Source: Thioalkalivibrio sp. (lineage in GTDB: Bacteria; Pseudomonadota; Gammaproteobacteria; Ectothiorhodospirales; Ectothiorhodospiraceae). Taken from it: DNA of 52,848 bases. The notes beneath the pieces were generated by a model. That model was not told the origin of the DNA. It did no database searches and saw nothing but the letters and a program-made list of their open reading frames with translations. Made by a program: the position numbers and the translations under genes. Below, one piece after another: positions 49,726-52,848 of this stretch (its first letter is position 1; the number at the start of each line of letters is the position of its first letter). The stretch lies in the NCBI GenBank assembly GCA_041685565.1, contig JAWLFM010000003.1, forward strand, positions 1 through 52,848, given 5' to 3'.

Positions 49726-50721
49726 ATGGAGTTCCTGCAGGAATATGCGCTGTTCCTGGCCAAGGGCCTGACCATCGTGGTGATGACACTGGTGGTGTTT
49801 GGCACCATTGCAACCCTGGCCCAGCGGGGCCGGGGCCGGGGCGACGAACAGCTCACCGTGAAGCACCTGAATCAGCGCTATCGGAACATGGAGCGCATCC
49901 TGCGCCTGCGCGTGCTGGGCTGGCGGGCCCTGCGTCAGCACACCAGGGACTTCAAACGCGAGCGCAAGCAGGCAGGCCGGGCACAGCGCGAAGTACAACC
50001 ACGGATCTACGCCCTGCGTTTTCACGGCGACATCCGGGCCACCCGGGTGGACAACCTGCGCGAGGAGATCTCCGCGATCCTGACCATTGCCCGACCGGAA
50101 ACCGACCGGGTGGTGCTTTGCCTCGAGAGTGGGGGCGGCCTGGTGCCTTCCTATGGCCTCGCCGCAGCCCAACTGGCCCGCCTGCGCGATGCCGGGCTGG
50201 ACCTCACCGTGGCCATCGACCGGGTGGCGGCCAGCGGCGGCTACCTGATGGCCGCAGTGGCCCACCGCATCGCGGCCGCCCCGTTCGCTGTGGTGGGCTC
50301 CATCGGGGTGGTGGCGCAGATCCCCAACATCCATCGGCTGCTGAAGCGCCACGATGTGGACATCGAGCTTCTCACCGCGGGCCAGCACAAGCGCACCCTG
50401 ACCATCCTCGGCAAGAACACGCCCGAGGGCCGGGCGAAGTTCCAACAGGAACTGGAGGAGACCCACGGTCTGTTCAAGGCCTATCTGCAGCGCTACCGCC
50501 CCCAGTTGGACCTCGACACCCTCGCTACCGGGGAACACTGGTATGGCGAACAGGCGCTGGAACTAAAGCTGGTCGATGAACTGCGCACCAGCGACGACCT
50601 GCTGATGGCCCTCAGCCGCAAGCATGAAATCTACGAGGTCACCTTCAACCGCCGGCAGCCCATGAGCCGCCGCGTGGGCATCGCCTTCGAACAGGCCCTG
50701 GACCGTCTCCTGCAACGCTGA
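49726..50721 (+). CDS. sohB: S49 family protease SohB
   Basis: MEFLQEYALFLAK, LESGGG, AASGGY, GSIGVV, ATGEHW; GAGGA RBS. Confidence 0.95.
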   Translation: MEFLQEYALFLAKGLTIVVMTLVVFGTIATLAQRGRGRGDEQLTVKHLNQRYRNMERILRLRVLGWRALRQHTRDFKRERKQAGRAQREVQPRIYALRFHGDIRATRVDNLREEISAILTIARPETDRVVLCLESGGGLVPSYGLAAAQLARLRDAGLDLTVAIDRVAASGGYLMAAVAHRIAAAPFAVVGSIGVVAQIPNIHRLLKRHDVDIELLTAGQHKRTLTILGKNTPEGRAKFQQELEETHGLFKAYLQRYRPQLDLDTLATGEHWYGEQALELKLVDELRTSDDLLMALSRKHEIYEVTFNRRQPMSRRVGIAFEQALDRLLQR

Positions 50722-50766
50722 ACCTGCCCGCGCAGGAGCCGCTTCCAGCTGCCCCCTGCAACGCCA

Positions 50767-50792
50767 GGGGACGGATTCATGGATCCGTCCCC
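50767..50792. terminator. Hairpin between convergent sohB and htpG
   Basis: GGGGACGGAT / ATCCGTCCCC 10-bp stem, 6-nt loop; no U-tract. Confidence 0.45.
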
Positions 50793-50812
50793 GGACGTTG
50801 CGCCGCAGGCGG

Positions 50813-52702
<1,890 letters not shown>

Positions 52703-52754
52703 GGTCCTTCACATCCAGGGTTTCGAGTGGTTCGGAGGATTCGACCCGATCAAG

Positions 52755-52781
52755 GTGGGGTCGACCACCCTGGTTTTCAAG
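52755..52781 (-). promoter_or_regulatory. Sigma32 (RpoH) promoter of htpG
   Basis: CTTGAAA-14 nt-CCCCAC on minus strand, close match to CTTGAAA-N13-14-CCCCAT, 52 nt upstream of htpG ATG. Confidence 0.8.
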
Positions 52782-52848
52782 GGCCAGCCCGTGAAACAGA
52801 CCACCTGACCGGTCGGCATCGAGATGGGACCAGGCGGCAAACAGGGTC

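Overview
GC-rich gammaproteobacterial core-chromosome segment; the gene set (DsrE-type protein, non-discriminating AspRS, Chromatiales-like hypotheticals) suggests a sulfur-oxidising Ectothiorhodospiraceae such as Thioalkalivibrio (inference only). Left to right: MgtC/DUF4010 membrane protein; tRNA-Lys(UUU); the minus-strand run fmdB-DUF502-aspS-hydrolase-yebC-ruvCAB-ybgC-tolQRA-tolB-pal-cpoB-queE-queC; dsrE-like/SDR/SpmAB; an RND+MFP pair with an AT-rich palindromic operator; a MIF-like tautomerase; proS; acyP; arsC-wrbA-DUF2069; hda-pgsA-like-DUF2066; purMN-DUF3108 and an atypical flavin disulfide oxidoreductase; pmbA/tldD/nitrilase/yhdP/rng; a LysR-GATase-like-hypothetical-AI-2E operon; TM2 and ORF6N proteins; sohB; htpG with a sigma32 promoter. 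No CRISPR array, integrase, transposase, prophage or defence system is visible. Most unusual signals: (1) CTAG-bounded palindromic MITE-like elements sitting exactly on TAG stop codons, one family present both as a 54-bp 'empty' core and a 272-bp 'loaded' form, plus a three-level nested element; (2) a class-I glutamine amidotransferase homolog lacking its catalytic Cys and His, translationally coupled to a LysR regulator; (3) acyP/arsC divergent starts 20 bp apart sharing one palindromic double Shine-Dalgarno; (4) a structured intergenic region loosely resembling an orphan HEARO/omega-RNA. All calls are by eye; no searches were run.
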